IMG/VR virus record: IMGVR_UViG_2731957577_000001
Coordinates: 96,001 to 160,000 of that record
Source: a virus
Taxonomy: Duplodnaviria > Caudoviricetes
Direction: 5' to 3' (one strand)
DNA: 64,000 bases
Shown: positions 9,929 through 19,796 of the stretch, one piece after another
Numbering within the stretch: position 1 is the stretch's first letter
Layout: each line of letters opens with the position of its first letter
The notes under the pieces: generated by a model
Told to the model about the DNA's origin: nothing
Seen by the model: the letters and a program-made list of their open reading frames with translations, nothing else
Database searches by the model: none
Translations under genes and position numbers: made by a program

Positions 9929-11179
9929 TTACATGAGTTTGTGAAATTGCCCGTGACGATCTAAGAACTTCACACCGATGTGGTAATACTCTCGTTCCTT
10001 GATGCGCGTTACACCTTCTTCATCTTCTTCCGTCGTCTCTTGCGACATCTTGACGACGCTCCCCTTGACCAGATGCTGGTCGGGGCCCGTTCCGATGTAT
10101 CCATTCAGATACCCAGACGCCAACATCAAGGCAACGTGACCTTTATGAAGCTGTGTTGGTGGTTTGGGAACCTCGTTATCCAGAACCTGCGAGTACGTCT
10201 GCTGATACGAAGAAACCAGGCTCGACCTGCGGATGAACGACAGCGCTTCTTCCGCGGTTACCGGACCAACTCGAAAGTGCAAAACGTCTTCTTGTCGTTT
10301 CGAAGGAACCTGATACAGCGGTTGCGCTTGAATCGAGATCACCGGAATTTCTTTGTAGGGACGATACTTATACTGCATCAGCTCATACGCATACTCGGGA
10401 TCCCGAATCGCCTTGGGCCGCTTCCGCGCAAAGATAATGCACTTTCTCTGTTCCTCATACTCTGCGTCATCTTGCCGATAGACCCGGATATCGTCGTACT
10501 GATTGGCCAGCTTGAAGCAAATCTGGCTGTCGATGAACTCCTTGGGCGTGACGAAGATGAGGATGCCATTCGGGGCCAGCTTATCCGAAACCAGATTCAG
10601 CAAGAACTTGTCCCAACGGTAGGTCACCATCCGGCGTTCTTGCTCCCGCTGCATCCGGCGGAAGGCAATTTCCCGTTCCTCGATGGTCTTTCTCACCTTG
10701 GCCTCAAACTTCTCCCGACGCTTTTGGATCTCTTCTTCGGTCAACCCCTCGTCACCAAAGTCAATGACGTCCTCATCTTGTGCCTCTTGTGCTTCCAGCA
10801 GCCGGCGGACTTCCGCTTCAAAGTCTGGAATCGTGAAGGGGTCATAGTCCCGGAAGATCTCATCAATCAATCGGCTGTCCACATCCGGGTTCATGACCAC
10901 CAGCGAGAAGGCTTCCGGCGTCACCTTGGACTCATTTTTATACGAGGACGTGCAGACCTTCGTGAACCTTTCCCGCGCGCGATTGGCTTGCCATTGATTT
11001 TCCGTGACCCCATACCGATAGGTCTCCGGGTGCATCCTTGTAATCTCATACAGCACTTCCCCATCGCCGCACCGATAATCCAGAGCGGTGACGGCCTGGC
11101 CCTCTGGGAACTTCAAATACGTGCGAATCACTTGGCACGTAAACTTGCTCAGTGGCTCATTCATCCACCGTGCGTACAT
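9929..11179 (-). CDS. Class I SAM-dependent methyltransferase-like protein (DUF6094-like)
   Basis: LDYRCGDG motif I, MNPDV motif-IV variant, LAPNGILIFV, HVALMLASGYLNG; paired with the helicase. Confidence 0.7.
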   Translation of the reverse strand: MYARWMNEPLSKFTCQVIRTYLKFPEGQAVTALDYRCGDGEVLYEITRMHPETYRYGVTENQWQANRARERFTKVCTSSYKNESKVTPEAFSLVVMNPDVDSRLIDEIFRDYDPFTIPDFEAEVRRLLEAQEAQDEDVIDFGDEGLTEEEIQKRREKFEAKVRKTIEEREIAFRRMQREQERRMVTYRWDKFLLNLVSDKLAPNGILIFVTPKEFIDSQICFKLANQYDDIRVYRQDDAEYEEQRKCIIFARKRPKAIRDPEYAYELMQYKYRPYKEIPVISIQAQPLYQVPSKRQEDVLHFRVGPVTAEEALSFIRRSSLVSSYQQTYSQVLDNEVPKPPTQLHKGHVALMLASGYLNGYIGTGPDQHLVKGSVVKMSQETTEEDEEGVTRIKEREYYHIGVKFLDRHGQFHKLM

Positions 11180-11193
11180 GGCCTCTCTCCTCC

Positions 11194-11688
11194 TCAGATC
11201 GTTTCATCCAAACTGTAAACGTCAAAATCAATGAAATCCTCGTCATCCAACGAGAAAGGATTGCGAACCCGGCGTGTGGACCTTGAGTCTGCATAGTCGA
11301 TACATGCCGTTAAGTCATGAATGACGGCATCGATCAACTCAATGGGGATCCCTCGCTGTAAATACCCAACCGTGCTTCCAACTTGCCGACCATGATGGGC
11401 TGTCTTATCGCGGAAGATCCCACCCTCTGCGAATGTGGTCTCAATGATGGCAAAGGGAACGGGGGATTCGAGTTCGAAGGTGTGATCATCGGTCGCTTTG
11501 AATCGAACCATCACACGATACCATTTGTCCTTGACCTGGAATCGCTTCGAAAACACCTTGACCTTGGCGGTGAAGCGATCCAACAGCCACCCTCTTGCTT
11601 CTGAGGTCATGACGTCAAACGTATCCGGGTGGATGCCGCTCATGCGAATCGGAGTGACATTGTACATGTAAGCCTGAATCAATTCCAT
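11194..11688 (-). CDS. Hypothetical protein (MELIQAY N-terminus)
   Basis: First gene after an extended -10 (TGGTATAAT at 11722-11730). Confidence 0.7.
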   Translation of the reverse strand: MELIQAYMYNVTPIRMSGIHPDTFDVMTSEARGWLLDRFTAKVKVFSKRFQVKDKWYRVMVRFKATDDHTFELESPVPFAIIETTFAEGGIFRDKTAHHGRQVGSTVGYLQRGIPIELIDAVIHDLTACIDYADSRSTRRVRNPFSLDDEDFIDFDVYSLDETI

Positions 11689-11739
11689 GTTTGATGTTCA
11701 CCTTCTTTAACTGACGCGGGTATTATACCATAGTTTATG

Positions 11740-11768
11740 AAAATAGGGCACTACTTGTGTAGTGCCCT
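11740..11768 (-). terminator. Intrinsic terminator-like hairpin
   Basis: AGGGCACTAC/GTAGTGCCCT 10-bp stem followed by ATTTT on the minus strand. Confidence 0.6.
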
Positions 11769-11783
11769 TCATGATTCTCGATC

Positions 11784-12323
11784 TTACTTCAATTTGCTTT
11801 GCAAATACTCACGAAGCGCCTGTGTCGATGGGAATCCAATCGGCTCCAGGCCCATATCGTACTTTACAACGTCGAGGATAATTTCGATGAGTGTGCTTTG
11901 TGTAATCGCGCAGCCGCCATTGAACTGATTCTCTTCGGAAAAATCGCTCGTCCACTTGTAGATCTCCCGGTTGTAGATACCTACCTGTTTCATGACCGGT
12001 TTGTTCGGGCTGTAGAGCTTCGGATCGAGCCCTGGACGATATACATGTCGAGCTTTCCTTGGGACCTCTGGATATTCGGTGTCCGTTTTGGAATCCGGCG
12101 GTGCAGATGGTGATGGAGCAGAAGGTTCTTCTTGGATCGATTTTTGCCGGGTCACGGCAACTTCATCCACAGTTCGAACCGAGGTAGGAGCAGAGGCCGG
12201 CGCGCGACGAACCATCGAAGCCATCGAGAAGGAAGGCTCTTCCCATTCGTCTTCCTGTGCGGCTTGACGGTGCTTACTTTCGCTGGCCAGCCTCTTGAGT
12301 CGGCTCATTGTATCTTCTGCCAT
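11784..12323 (-). CDS. Disordered N-terminus plus putative ribbon-helix-helix protein
   Basis: C-terminal QVGIY...ITQSTLIEIILD pattern; has its own promoter. Confidence 0.5.
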   Translation of the reverse strand: MAEDTMSRLKRLASESKHRQAAQEDEWEEPSFSMASMVRRAPASAPTSVRTVDEVAVTRQKSIQEEPSAPSPSAPPDSKTDTEYPEVPRKARHVYRPGLDPKLYSPNKPVMKQVGIYNREIYKWTSDFSEENQFNGGCAITQSTLIEIILDVVKYDMGLEPIGFPSTQALREYLQSKLK

Positions 12324-12365
12324 GAAACTCTCTTCCCTTCTCAAGACCTCCACATTTCAAGTCCC

Positions 12366-12394
12366 ATTATAGGAAAGAGAGAATTTCTTGGCAA
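12366..12394 (-). promoter_or_regulatory. Sigma-A promoter
   Basis: TTGCCA-N17-TATAAT on the minus strand. Confidence 0.7.
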
Positions 12395-12402
12395 ATATTT
12401 TG

Positions 12403-12666
12403 TTAGGATTTTTGCACCACTTTCGGTTCCTTCTCTTCAATCGAATTCACAAGTTCCTGTACTGCATTGTAGATGTGCTCATCACCCCAATATTGCTCGG
12501 CTTCAATCACATAGATCTCACCAGTTTTAGAATCCGTAACCAAAACTCGAAGTGGCGACCCAATATTAGGGGAATCCCAATAGGAGATCAGCTTGGTATT
12601 TTGATCAAAGTCCACAGACTGATACGCCTCAGATACTACATCCACAGAGTATCGATCCCTAAACAC
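12403..12666 (-). CDS. Hypothetical protein
   Basis: ORF with GGAG RBS. Confidence 0.6.
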   Translation of the reverse strand: MFRDRYSVDVVSEAYQSVDFDQNTKLISYWDSPNIGSPLRVLVTDSKTGEIYVIEAEQYWGDEHIYNAVQELVNSIEEKEPKVVQKS

Positions 12667-12685
12667 GGCAATCTCCCCTTCTTCC

Positions 12686-13336
12686 TTACGCGGCTTTCAC
12701 AATCTCATAGACACGACGCAATTCTTCATCGGTCAGTTCGTTAAAGAACTGGAATGGCTTTACTGCCTTCATACACTCATGGTGCAACAGGTTAATGTCC
12801 ACTCCACGCATCGACAGGTCCATGAGCATCGCATTGATCTCGTTTTCGAGACGTACACGCTCCGGATTTGGCGTCTGCGGCTGGTTGACACCCATCTCAT
12901 CCAGTTCATCACTGCAAATATGATCCGGATCATCGCCCGTTGGAATGGCAAATGCCTGCCGTTGCATGTACTTGTACGCCATCGTCATGGCTTTCGCGAT
13001 GCCCTTATCCTGTGAATCCGAACCCTGACCACCAACATTGATAACCTCGTATTCTCCAGTCTGCACGTCGATGATCTTGTACTTCATGTTCACGGTGGTG
13101 ACCTGGTTGTTGATCTGAAAGTCCATATTCACAGGGAGGATGATCAGGCCAAGATCCAGCAGATGCCGCCGGATTTCTTGGGTCATCTTCTCCTCAGATA
13201 GGTAGCTGTACCGAGTGGATTTGAAGCTGATAAATCCGTCCTTCTTGAGATACTTGACACGACGCATAACCTCAGAGATTTTCTGATACAGATTCAACGT
13301 CTTCTCAGCTTGCGGATCCACCTGATTCTGTTCCAC
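12686..13336 (-). CDS. ERF-family single-strand annealing protein
   Basis: GQGSDSQDKGIAKAMTMAYKY...FAIPTGDDPD; GTG start VEQNQ. Confidence 0.85.
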   Translation of the reverse strand: MEQNQVDPQAEKTLNLYQKISEVMRRVKYLKKDGFISFKSTRYSYLSEEKMTQEIRRHLLDLGLIILPVNMDFQINNQVTTVNMKYKIIDVQTGEYEVINVGGQGSDSQDKGIAKAMTMAYKYMQRQAFAIPTGDDPDHICSDELDEMGVNQPQTPNPERVRLENEINAMLMDLSMRGVDINLLHHECMKAVKPFQFFNELTDEELRRVYEIVKAA

Positions 13337-13529
13337 TGTCCTCGACCTCCAACAGTTGATTGGGATGCATGGAAGTATGCGGACGGAATACCGCGACCTG
13401 ATCCAAAGACTGAAGTTCACGTTTGAGCCGCCGGAGCAACTCAATCACCTCCGGCTTGGTCAGATCACGCTGTGCCTGATGCCTCCCCTGGTTGTCAGTC
13501 CACACGACCGTCCACATGGATGAAATCAC
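13305..13529 (-). CDS. Hypothetical protein
   Basis: Short ORF between the primase and ERF genes. Confidence 0.55.
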   Translation of the reverse strand: MISSMWTVVWTDNQGRHQAQRDLTKPEVIELLRRLKRELQSLDQVAVFRPHTSMHPNQLLEVEDSGTESGGSAS

Positions 13530-13543
13530 CTCATGGTCTCGTT

Positions 13544-14935
13544 TCAGCCTGCAATCAAATGACGCTGGTTGTGCTTGTACGTATCCACCCGCGCCTTGAT
13601 CGACTCATAGCTCACCTCAAAGAGTTCGGATGCTTGCCGGATGTATATGTCCAGTTCAACCGGATCTTCAACCTGGCTCAGAACCTCGATGACTTTTCGC
13701 ATCCGTTCTTGTTGCAATTGTGCAATCTCGGATTGATGATAAAAGATCTGGTCATAGGTCTCACGATGAATCCGTTCCAACCGCCACTGACTTATGGTAC
13801 GCCGATGCTTCTCCATCCAGCGAAGCAGCTGATCAGGTTCATCTTCGAAGTTGTCACAAAGATCACAGGGATCTAGACCCTCTGGCATTGGGATGATAAA
13901 CGTCTGGATACCGTGAGACGTCAGCATCTTGGCATCCCGCTCGATGGCCTTCATGCCGGCTTCATCCCCATCTCGCATCGAGACGACCCGCTTCGCGCCG
14001 GCGCGCACCAAGAGTTTCGTCTGGGCTTCGGTGAGCGCGGTTCCCATCGTGCAGACGGCATTCTGGACACCATATTTGTGGAGCTTGATGACATCCGTCC
14101 AGCCCTCGACAATCACAGCTTCGCCCCACTGGCGAATGAACTCTTTTGCGATGTGCATGCCAAAGAGGTGATTGCCCTTGTCAAACTCCGGATACGGATG
14201 GTCCTTGTAATACGGGTCATCCGGCTTGATAGAGATTCGGTCCAGATACTTCACAATCGGCATCTTGCCTTCGGCCTGCAGTTTCTTGTTCGCCTCGGCC
14301 AACACGTTGGGAGGAAGCATCGTCCGGCCGGTAAAGCTGATGATGTTCCCGTGAAAGTCAAACAGGGTAAAGACGATGCGATCCTTGGTATTCCGAAAAT
14401 CATAGTCCACGTCATCACCAAAGCCGAGCTTCCAAAGCAAAATGTCTTGCATCGTGAACCCGCGCTGATAGAGGTATGCCAGAGCCTCTTTGTTGTTCAT
14501 GAGGTTCTGTTGAAACCGCTCAGCAGCTCGCTCACAATACTCAATCCACTTGGCGCGAAGATCCTGTTTTCGCTTGGCTTCAGGATCCAGAACCGGCAGT
14601 GGCTCACCTAGGAAGTTGGCCAACCACTCAATCGCTTCGCCAAGATTGCATCGTAAAATGCCCTTCAAGAAACCATACACATCACAAGACTGAACGGTGC
14701 TATGGTTTCTGGAACCAGCGCCACAGGCATAACAGCCAAAGGTCTGTTTGTCCGTCCGAACATGGAAACTCGGATTCTTTTCTTCATGAAACGGACAACA
14801 CGCCACATAGTCGCGGCCCATCTTCTTCAGCGGCACAAACTGAGAGATGACCGCCACAATGTCGGCCTTCGACTTCAGATACTCCTTGAATTCATCTGGA
14901 TAGTACGGCACATCGACCCTCCTCTCCTTGATCAA
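13544..14935 (-). CDS. dnaG: DNA primase
   Basis: CHC2 zinc finger CPFHEEKNPSF...CYAC; TOPRIM VEGWTD and DGDEAG. Confidence 0.95.
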   Translation of the reverse strand: MIKERRVDVPYYPDEFKEYLKSKADIVAVISQFVPLKKMGRDYVACCPFHEEKNPSFHVRTDKQTFGCYACGAGSRNHSTVQSCDVYGFLKGILRCNLGEAIEWLANFLGEPLPVLDPEAKRKQDLRAKWIEYCERAAERFQQNLMNNKEALAYLYQRGFTMQDILLWKLGFGDDVDYDFRNTKDRIVFTLFDFHGNIISFTGRTMLPPNVLAEANKKLQAEGKMPIVKYLDRISIKPDDPYYKDHPYPEFDKGNHLFGMHIAKEFIRQWGEAVIVEGWTDVIKLHKYGVQNAVCTMGTALTEAQTKLLVRAGAKRVVSMRDGDEAGMKAIERDAKMLTSHGIQTFIIPMPEGLDPCDLCDNFEDEPDQLLRWMEKHRRTISQWRLERIHRETYDQIFYHQSEIAQLQQERMRKVIEVLSQVEDPVELDIYIRQASELFEVSYESIKARVDTYKHNQRHLIAG

Positions 14936-15420
14936 ACTCCAAAAAGACGCGATAGCGACGATATCTCGACCTCGAAATCAACCTTCTTCACGCGCTTCGG
15001 AATGTAGCAACTGCCGTCTGGATTGTACTTGGCCGGAGATTGCTCCGGGAGGTCAAAAGTCCCATCAAGAGGTGTATGAAAAACATCGGATATAAGCCTT
15101 AGCATTCCAAACGAAGTTACATTCACGAAGCGGATCCGGGTGGCAGAGGGAAAATACTCGTGACAACGACTCTTCAACTCATTGAGCATCCTTCGGGCGA
15201 TCCCTTGTCTTTGATGCGACTTCTTGACCATGACCCAGGTACAGCGGACCACAGAAGGATCGGTGAGGTCTTTGAACACATGTATCTCGCCGATGTCTTT
15301 CCCATATTCAATCTTGAATCCGTAGCCGTCAGGCGCTATCGTAGACCAGGAAAGCGGTCGGGAATCCCTTTCCCGGTTCATCTCATTCCTCTTTGAATTC
15401 GTCCGGATAGTACGCCACAA
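14932..15420 (-). CDS. GNAT-family acetyltransferase-like protein
   Basis: VMVKKSHQRQGIARRML acetyl-CoA motif A. Confidence 0.7.
   Translation of the reverse strand: MWRTIRTNSKRNEMNRERDSRPLSWSTIAPDGYGFKIEYGKDIGEIHVFKDLTDPSVVRCTWVMVKKSHQRQGIARRMLNELKSRCHEYFPSATRIRFVNVTSFGMLRLISDVFHTPLDGTFDLPEQSPAKYNPDGSCYIPKRVKKVDFEVEISSLSRLFGV
14939..14959 (-). promoter_or_regulatory. Hairpin element upstream of the primase
   Basis: Plus strand: CCAAAAAGA-CGC-GATA-GCG. Confidence 0.5.
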
Positions 15421-15444
15421 ACGATCATCCCTCCTTGGATCAAT

Positions 15445-15464
15445 CCCCTAAATGGAGCGATAGC
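15445..15464 (-). promoter_or_regulatory. Hairpin element
   Basis: Plus strand: CCCCTAAATGGA-GC-GATA-GC. Confidence 0.5.
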
Positions 15465-15467
15465 GAC

Positions 15468-15764
15468 TCAGTCATCGTCTTTCATAGTTGGCAGGATGCC
15501 CCGTTCAACATACTTTACGGCGTCCACTTCCTCGCAGACTTCACGGGCATGATCGCGAGCTGGCGCCTCACTGGCGTAGATGTACAGCTCACCCTCGACG
15601 GCCAATTTATCCCCGTCTTTATAGACGTCGAAAAGGCGTTCTCCGTACCAACCACGAAACGGCTCAAGGACAATCCAGTGATTCGGGAAATCCGGATGAT
15701 CCACTGGCCTTACAAACACCTTCTGGTTCGGATCGATACTTTCGACGTAAATGGTCCCCTTCAT
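15468..15764 (-). CDS. Hypothetical protein
   Basis: AGGAGG RBS, overlapping start and stop. Confidence 0.65.
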   Translation of the reverse strand: MKGTIYVESIDPNQKVFVRPVDHPDFPNHWIVLEPFRGWYGERLFDVYKDGDKLAVEGELYIYASEAPARDHAREVCEEVDAVKYVERGILPTMKDDD

Positions 15765-16018
15765 CGATTCTCCTCCTTGAGTTTCTCACGTTCCTGTCGC
15801 GCCCACTCAATCCATGCCTTGAGGGCTGGGTTTGTGACTTCAATCGTTGTTCCTCGCAGTTCAAGAACGTGATGCGCGGCTTCAAGTTCCCGGGCCAACA
15901 TCTCGATGGTTCGTAGTTTCTGGAGGTCCCAGCAAGTACCACAGAGACAAAACGCCTCTTGAATCTCATCGGGAGTTAACGGCTGAGCTTCAATCATCTT
16001 GTTCATCCTCCCAATCAA
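15761..16018 (-). CDS. Hypothetical protein
   Basis: Coupled ORF. Confidence 0.6.
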   Translation of the reverse strand: MIGRMNKMIEAQPLTPDEIQEAFCLCGTCWDLQKLRTIEMLARELEAAHHVLELRGTTIEVTNPALKAWIEWARQEREKLKEENR

Positions 16019-16265
16019 TCCATGCTTTCACGTCTTCAGGAATCGAGTCTAGAGCAGCCTGCGCGATATCAACCGATGCCTTCCCATCGCTGTTAGCGAC
16101 TGTAGACAACGCACCCGCCATGTTCCGCACTGTGTTCGCCAAGACATAAATCGTGTTCATGGCTTCCACATGTTCCGCAGGTCGAACATACATGAGTTCA
16201 GTACCTTCACCGCTCATCTGCCGGAGCAGATCATAGGTCATGTAAAACAATTCAGGTGAAAACAT
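15990..16265 (-). CDS. Hypothetical protein
   Basis: AGGAGG RBS. Confidence 0.6.
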   Translation of the reverse strand: MFSPELFYMTYDLLRQMSGEGTELMYVRPAEHVEAMNTIYVLANTVRNMAGALSTVANSDGKASVDIAQAALDSIPEDVKAWIDWEDEQDD

Positions 16266-16292
16266 GTTCGAACCTCCTATGGACTGGTGATC

Positions 16293-16535
16293 TCAAAGAT
16301 GCCTCGAAATCCCTTCGGAAAGCTCGTGATACCTTCGCTCTCTCTCGACACGGCGCGACAATCGCCGATAGGCTCGCTGGACTTTCCGTTCCAAAGGGAT
16401 GCCCAATAGACGTTCCCACCAGTTGTAGTGGATGACCTGATACTTGTTCCCGCACTCTACTACGAACTCATTCCCTCGAATATGTCGAACTCCCATGATA
16501 ACGTCCTCCGTTCCCTTGGCCTTTTTGTAAATCAT
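16293..16535 (-). CDS. Hypothetical protein
   Basis: ORF within the operon. Confidence 0.5.
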   Translation of the reverse strand: MIYKKAKGTEDVIMGVRHIRGNEFVVECGNKYQVIHYNWWERLLGIPLERKVQRAYRRLSRRVERERRYHELSEGISRHL

Positions 16536-16541
16536 CGGTCC

Positions 16542-16721
16542 CTACACAAGAAGTACACCGAGAACAACCAACGGCCACAAGAGACACGCCAGGGTCCACT
16601 CGGTACGGGTCATACGGCGTGGCGCAAGATCCCCATGCATCTGGGAAGCAATAAATGCGACTGCTACACTAGTGATGAGATACAATCCAATAAACGCGAG
16701 GATTTGCTCAGCAGACGTCAA
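16542..16721 (-). CDS. Small membrane protein (59 aa, not in the ORF track)
   Basis: MTSAEQILAFIGLYLITSVAVAF...WTLACLLWPLVVLGVLLV; fills a gap in the operon. Confidence 0.55.
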   Translation of the reverse strand: MTSAEQILAFIGLYLITSVAVAFIASQMHGDLAPRRMTRTEWTLACLLWPLVVLGVLLV

Positions 16722-17442
16722 TGTTCATAGCGCCTCCTTTTCCGCGCACCTTGTCATAGGCTTCACGGGCTATTTGAACAAAGAAGTCGCCTTGCATCGA
16801 CTGTTTCTCTCTGAAATTGTTGAATACAATCCGCGCCAATGCATCCAGCATGATGGCGTTTTGATTTTCTAACTCAGACAACCCCTTGACCATCTTTTCG
16901 TTGCATTCATGCGCCCGCTTCACTTCCTCATGCAGACGCTTGTTGCGCTCCCGCAACTCCTCAATTTGTTCTCCCCGAACCTTGGCGAGAACCTCACCCG
17001 ACATCGTGTGGACCTCTTGCGCCTCATCACAGAATTCGGTGAGCCTGTGTATCTCCTCCAATTTATCCCGCATGATGGCGTTCTGTTGTTCTAATTCCTT
17101 GATATAGTCCATCATGTGTTGCTTTTGCGCACGAAGAGATGTCACTAAGTCAAAGGCTCCGATCGGACACTCACTATCTATGATTGATTGTAACTTTACG
17201 ATCTTTTGGTCGCGCTCGTCGATTTGTTCAAGGAGGAATCCGATACTTGTGCACCCTGACTTCGGGGAACTAACCGACCACGGATTCTCCAACGCTTCTT
17301 CGTAGCTTCGAGTCTCGGTGTGTCCATCAATAAACGTTGCTACAAACTGCGTGCCGTTTTCGTCTGACCTCACCGTAACAGGATGCTTCATGTCGTGTTC
17401 CCAGGCATCCCTTATCGCCTGTATGCGCTCGTTATCGTCCAT
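16708..17442 (-). CDS. Coiled-coil phage protein with an internal QNAIM repeat
   Basis: Start MDDNER; two LE(Q/N)QNAIM modules. Confidence 0.65.
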   Translation of the reverse strand: MDDNERIQAIRDAWEHDMKHPVTVRSDENGTQFVATFIDGHTETRSYEEALENPWSVSSPKSGCTSIGFLLEQIDERDQKIVKLQSIIDSECPIGAFDLVTSLRAQKQHMMDYIKELEQQNAIMRDKLEEIHRLTEFCDEAQEVHTMSGEVLAKVRGEQIEELRERNKRLHEEVKRAHECNEKMVKGLSELENQNAIMLDALARIVFNNFREKQSMQGDFFVQIAREAYDKVRGKGGAMNIDVC

Positions 17443-17705
17443 CACTCGTCCCCTTCTCCAAACTCGCCGCTCTGGAGTTGGGCTAGTGCTTTGTCGGCAA
17501 TATGTTGACAATCAGCTAAGGCATCAAATGGGCTATACACAGGTACATCTATCCATCCTCCAGCGGATTGCTTGGAGATGTCCTTTAACGCCTTCTGCGT
17601 CACCTTCACCGCCGCAATCAGTTTTGGCCCTACCTCGTATCGCCATCCTGCTTCTGTGATCCGTCCATCTTTCATCGCTTGCTCAATCTCGTTCAGCCAT
17701 TGCAT
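17442..17705 (-). CDS. Hypothetical protein
   Basis: Coupled ORF. Confidence 0.6.
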   Translation of the reverse strand: MQWLNEIEQAMKDGRITEAGWRYEVGPKLIAAVKVTQKALKDISKQSAGGWIDVPVYSPFDALADCQHIADKALAQLQSGEFGEGDE

Positions 17706-17923
17706 TAGGCTTCACCCCGCTTTCTCCAGAGCGCTACCGGAGATGCTACCATACTGCGGGGCAACTTCCGCTCAATGCGTTCAGCCAATGCCTTTCGCTG
17801 ATTGCAGACCTCACATTCCTCCACTTTGCACTCCATGTAGGACGTCTCAAGCGCTCCCAACAGTAATACCAACTCTGTCTGCGTGAAGTCCATCCGACGG
17901 ACCTTGTTCTCGTCCACTACCAA
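17705..17923 (-). CDS. Hypothetical Cys-containing protein
   Basis: Coupled ORF. Confidence 0.55.
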   Translation of the reverse strand: MVVDENKVRRMDFTQTELVLLLGALETSYMECKVEECEVCNQRKALAERIERKLPRSMVASPVALWRKRGEA

Positions 17924-17941
17924 CCTTCACACACCCCTTCC

Positions 17942-18118
17942 TCACTCGGTATGATCCGCATGGCAAAACGGACATCCATCCTTATTCGTCGCCTCAAACC
18001 GGAACAAGTCTGACTCAGAGAGAACAATGTCGCGGACTTTATCGGCATAGCGTCCGCCAATACATCCGCATGGCTCGTTAATGTCCGTAGCAATCACGGT
18101 GTAGTGCTTAGTCGCCAC
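17942..18118 (-). CDS. Small Cys-rich protein (58 aa, not in the ORF track)
   Basis: MATKHY...PCGC...GCPFCH; GGAGG RBS. Confidence 0.6.
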   Translation of the reverse strand: MATKHYTVIATDINEPCGCIGGRYADKVRDIVLSESDLFRFEATNKDGCPFCHADHTE

Positions 18119-18461
18119 GAATTGAACCCTCCTTTTCGGTTGCTATTTGCAACTCACCGGCCGCTTGGCAAATACGCCGGGTCAAATACTCATCCAATCC
18201 TTTGCACGCACGATCGGGATGATGATGGCAGTACCAAGTCTTACGAACTCTCTCCACGACGTCTTGCGGCTGTCGAAGGAGCCTTTCCGCAGAATCTCTA
18301 TAGTATCCTGTGACCATCGCACAGTCGTGACATGGCTTTGGGAGGAGTTCAAGCGGAGGTTGTTCAGCCCACCAGCGCCAATACTCACTTTCATGAACGA
18401 CAACTCGCGGGCGGCGAATTCTAGGCATCCAACTCGTCCCTCTGGACCTGGTGAACTTCAA
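18108..18461 (-). CDS. Hypothetical Cys/His-rich protein
   Basis: CHDCA...CHHHP..AC. Confidence 0.55.
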   Translation of the reverse strand: MKFTRSRGTSWMPRIRRPRVVVHESEYWRWWAEQPPLELLPKPCHDCAMVTGYYRDSAERLLRQPQDVVERVRKTWYCHHHPDRACKGLDEYLTRRICQAAGELQIATEKEGSIRGD

Positions 18462-18681
18462 TCACGACATGCTTTTCATCTTTGACCGGCAGACGAATAA
18501 TCCCTTTTGCAAAGAAGGCCGCCCCAATCAGAAAAGCCACGATCGAGAAGTTATCACAGGCTGCTTCTTGAGCGGATTTCGCCCACAAATGCCACCCGAA
18601 ATACCACGTTTCCAGTGTGTTAAACACCAAGGCCAGTGTGATCAATACAAGACCAATCGCCGTGAATGATTTTGCGGTCAT
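18421..18681 (-). CDS. Small membrane protein
   Basis: Two hydrophobic segments; GGAGG RBS. Confidence 0.65.
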   Translation of the reverse strand: MTAKSFTAIGLVLITLALVFNTLETWYFGWHLWAKSAQEAACDNFSIVAFLIGAAFFAKGIIRLPVKDEKHVVIEVHQVQRDELDA

Positions 18682-18717
18682 GATGGTTCCCTCCGGAAAA
18701 AACGAGGGATGAACGCA

Positions 18718-19704
18718 TCATCCCTCGAGGTTTAGGATGTACCGAACCAGGTCGGTGATTTGCTCGCTCATGTCTTTCCTAAACTCGCGGACGCTCAGCG
18801 CGAGAGCTTGTGGCTTCTGTTCGCAATATCGATCCAGTGTAGCCAGTATATTCTGGTGCATCTTACGGACAACGTCCACGTCGATGGCGAATTTATTTTC
18901 CGCCTGCTCGCTCCGCAAGATCTGCAGTTCCTGGCGAAGCATCTCCAGTTCTTCGCGCATCGATTCCGCCGCTTGAATCTGGCGGTTGCGGTCGTCAATC
19001 ACCTCTTGAACCAGCTTCAGATTCTGAACGGTCGAGAGCTGATCGGACAAAGAACGGAGATAGGACATCGCCTGATGGATCGATTCCGTCAAGACCGCCA
19101 TGATCTCACGGTCATCTTTCTTGAGAATCTCTTGTGCGGTCGGAATCGACTCCATCTGTTCCAGAAACTCGCGGACTCGCTCATCCAGATTGACTGGCCG
19201 CTCTGTTACACCCGAAGTCTGGCCAAAGACGGTTTCATCCGCCAACGCCGTCACAGGCGCTGTAGTCTCCACTTCCTTGGCCGGTTCCGGCGTAGGTTGT
19301 GCAGCTTGAACCGGTACAGACGATTCTTTGGGAACAGACTCTGTCTTTGGCTCCAGTGTCACCAAATCTTTTTGAGGTCGAACGCCGAGCTTTGCAAACA
19401 AATCCGCCAGAGCAGCGTCATCTTCAGGACCAGAAATCTTGATCGATTTCTTCACAAATGGGCTGTTCTCAGGTAGCTTATAGATCTTGCGGTTGTACTG
19501 ACCGCGGCGATCCAACTGAATCAATTCTCCAGCCTCGACCAGCTTCTTGAGATGATAGTCCATCGTCGGCCCTTGAACCCCAAACATGTCTGCCAGTTCC
19601 GTGGACGCAATCTCAATGGTTCCATCCGGAGATTGCTCAATTAAATCAGCCATGTATTGTAAAACTTTATGTCGGTCAACTTTTCGAGCCGTCTGTGCGC
19701 TCAT
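18718..19704 (-). CDS. Winged-helix plus coiled-coil DNA-binding protein
   Basis: STELADMFGVQGPTMDYHLKKLVEAGEL wHTH. Confidence 0.7.
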   Translation of the reverse strand: MSAQTARKVDRHKVLQYMADLIEQSPDGTIEIASTELADMFGVQGPTMDYHLKKLVEAGELIQLDRRGQYNRKIYKLPENSPFVKKSIKISGPEDDAALADLFAKLGVRPQKDLVTLEPKTESVPKESSVPVQAAQPTPEPAKEVETTAPVTALADETVFGQTSGVTERPVNLDERVREFLEQMESIPTAQEILKKDDREIMAVLTESIHQAMSYLRSLSDQLSTVQNLKLVQEVIDDRNRQIQAAESMREELEMLRQELQILRSEQAENKFAIDVDVVRKMHQNILATLDRYCEQKPQALALSVREFRKDMSEQITDLVRYILNLEG

Positions 19705-19796
19705 GAGAAAGCCCCTCTCACTTTGGCCTTATACGCTTATAATCGTCTTCTTGAGACCATTATAAACGATAAGTTCAAGAAAAGTACAGACGGCGA

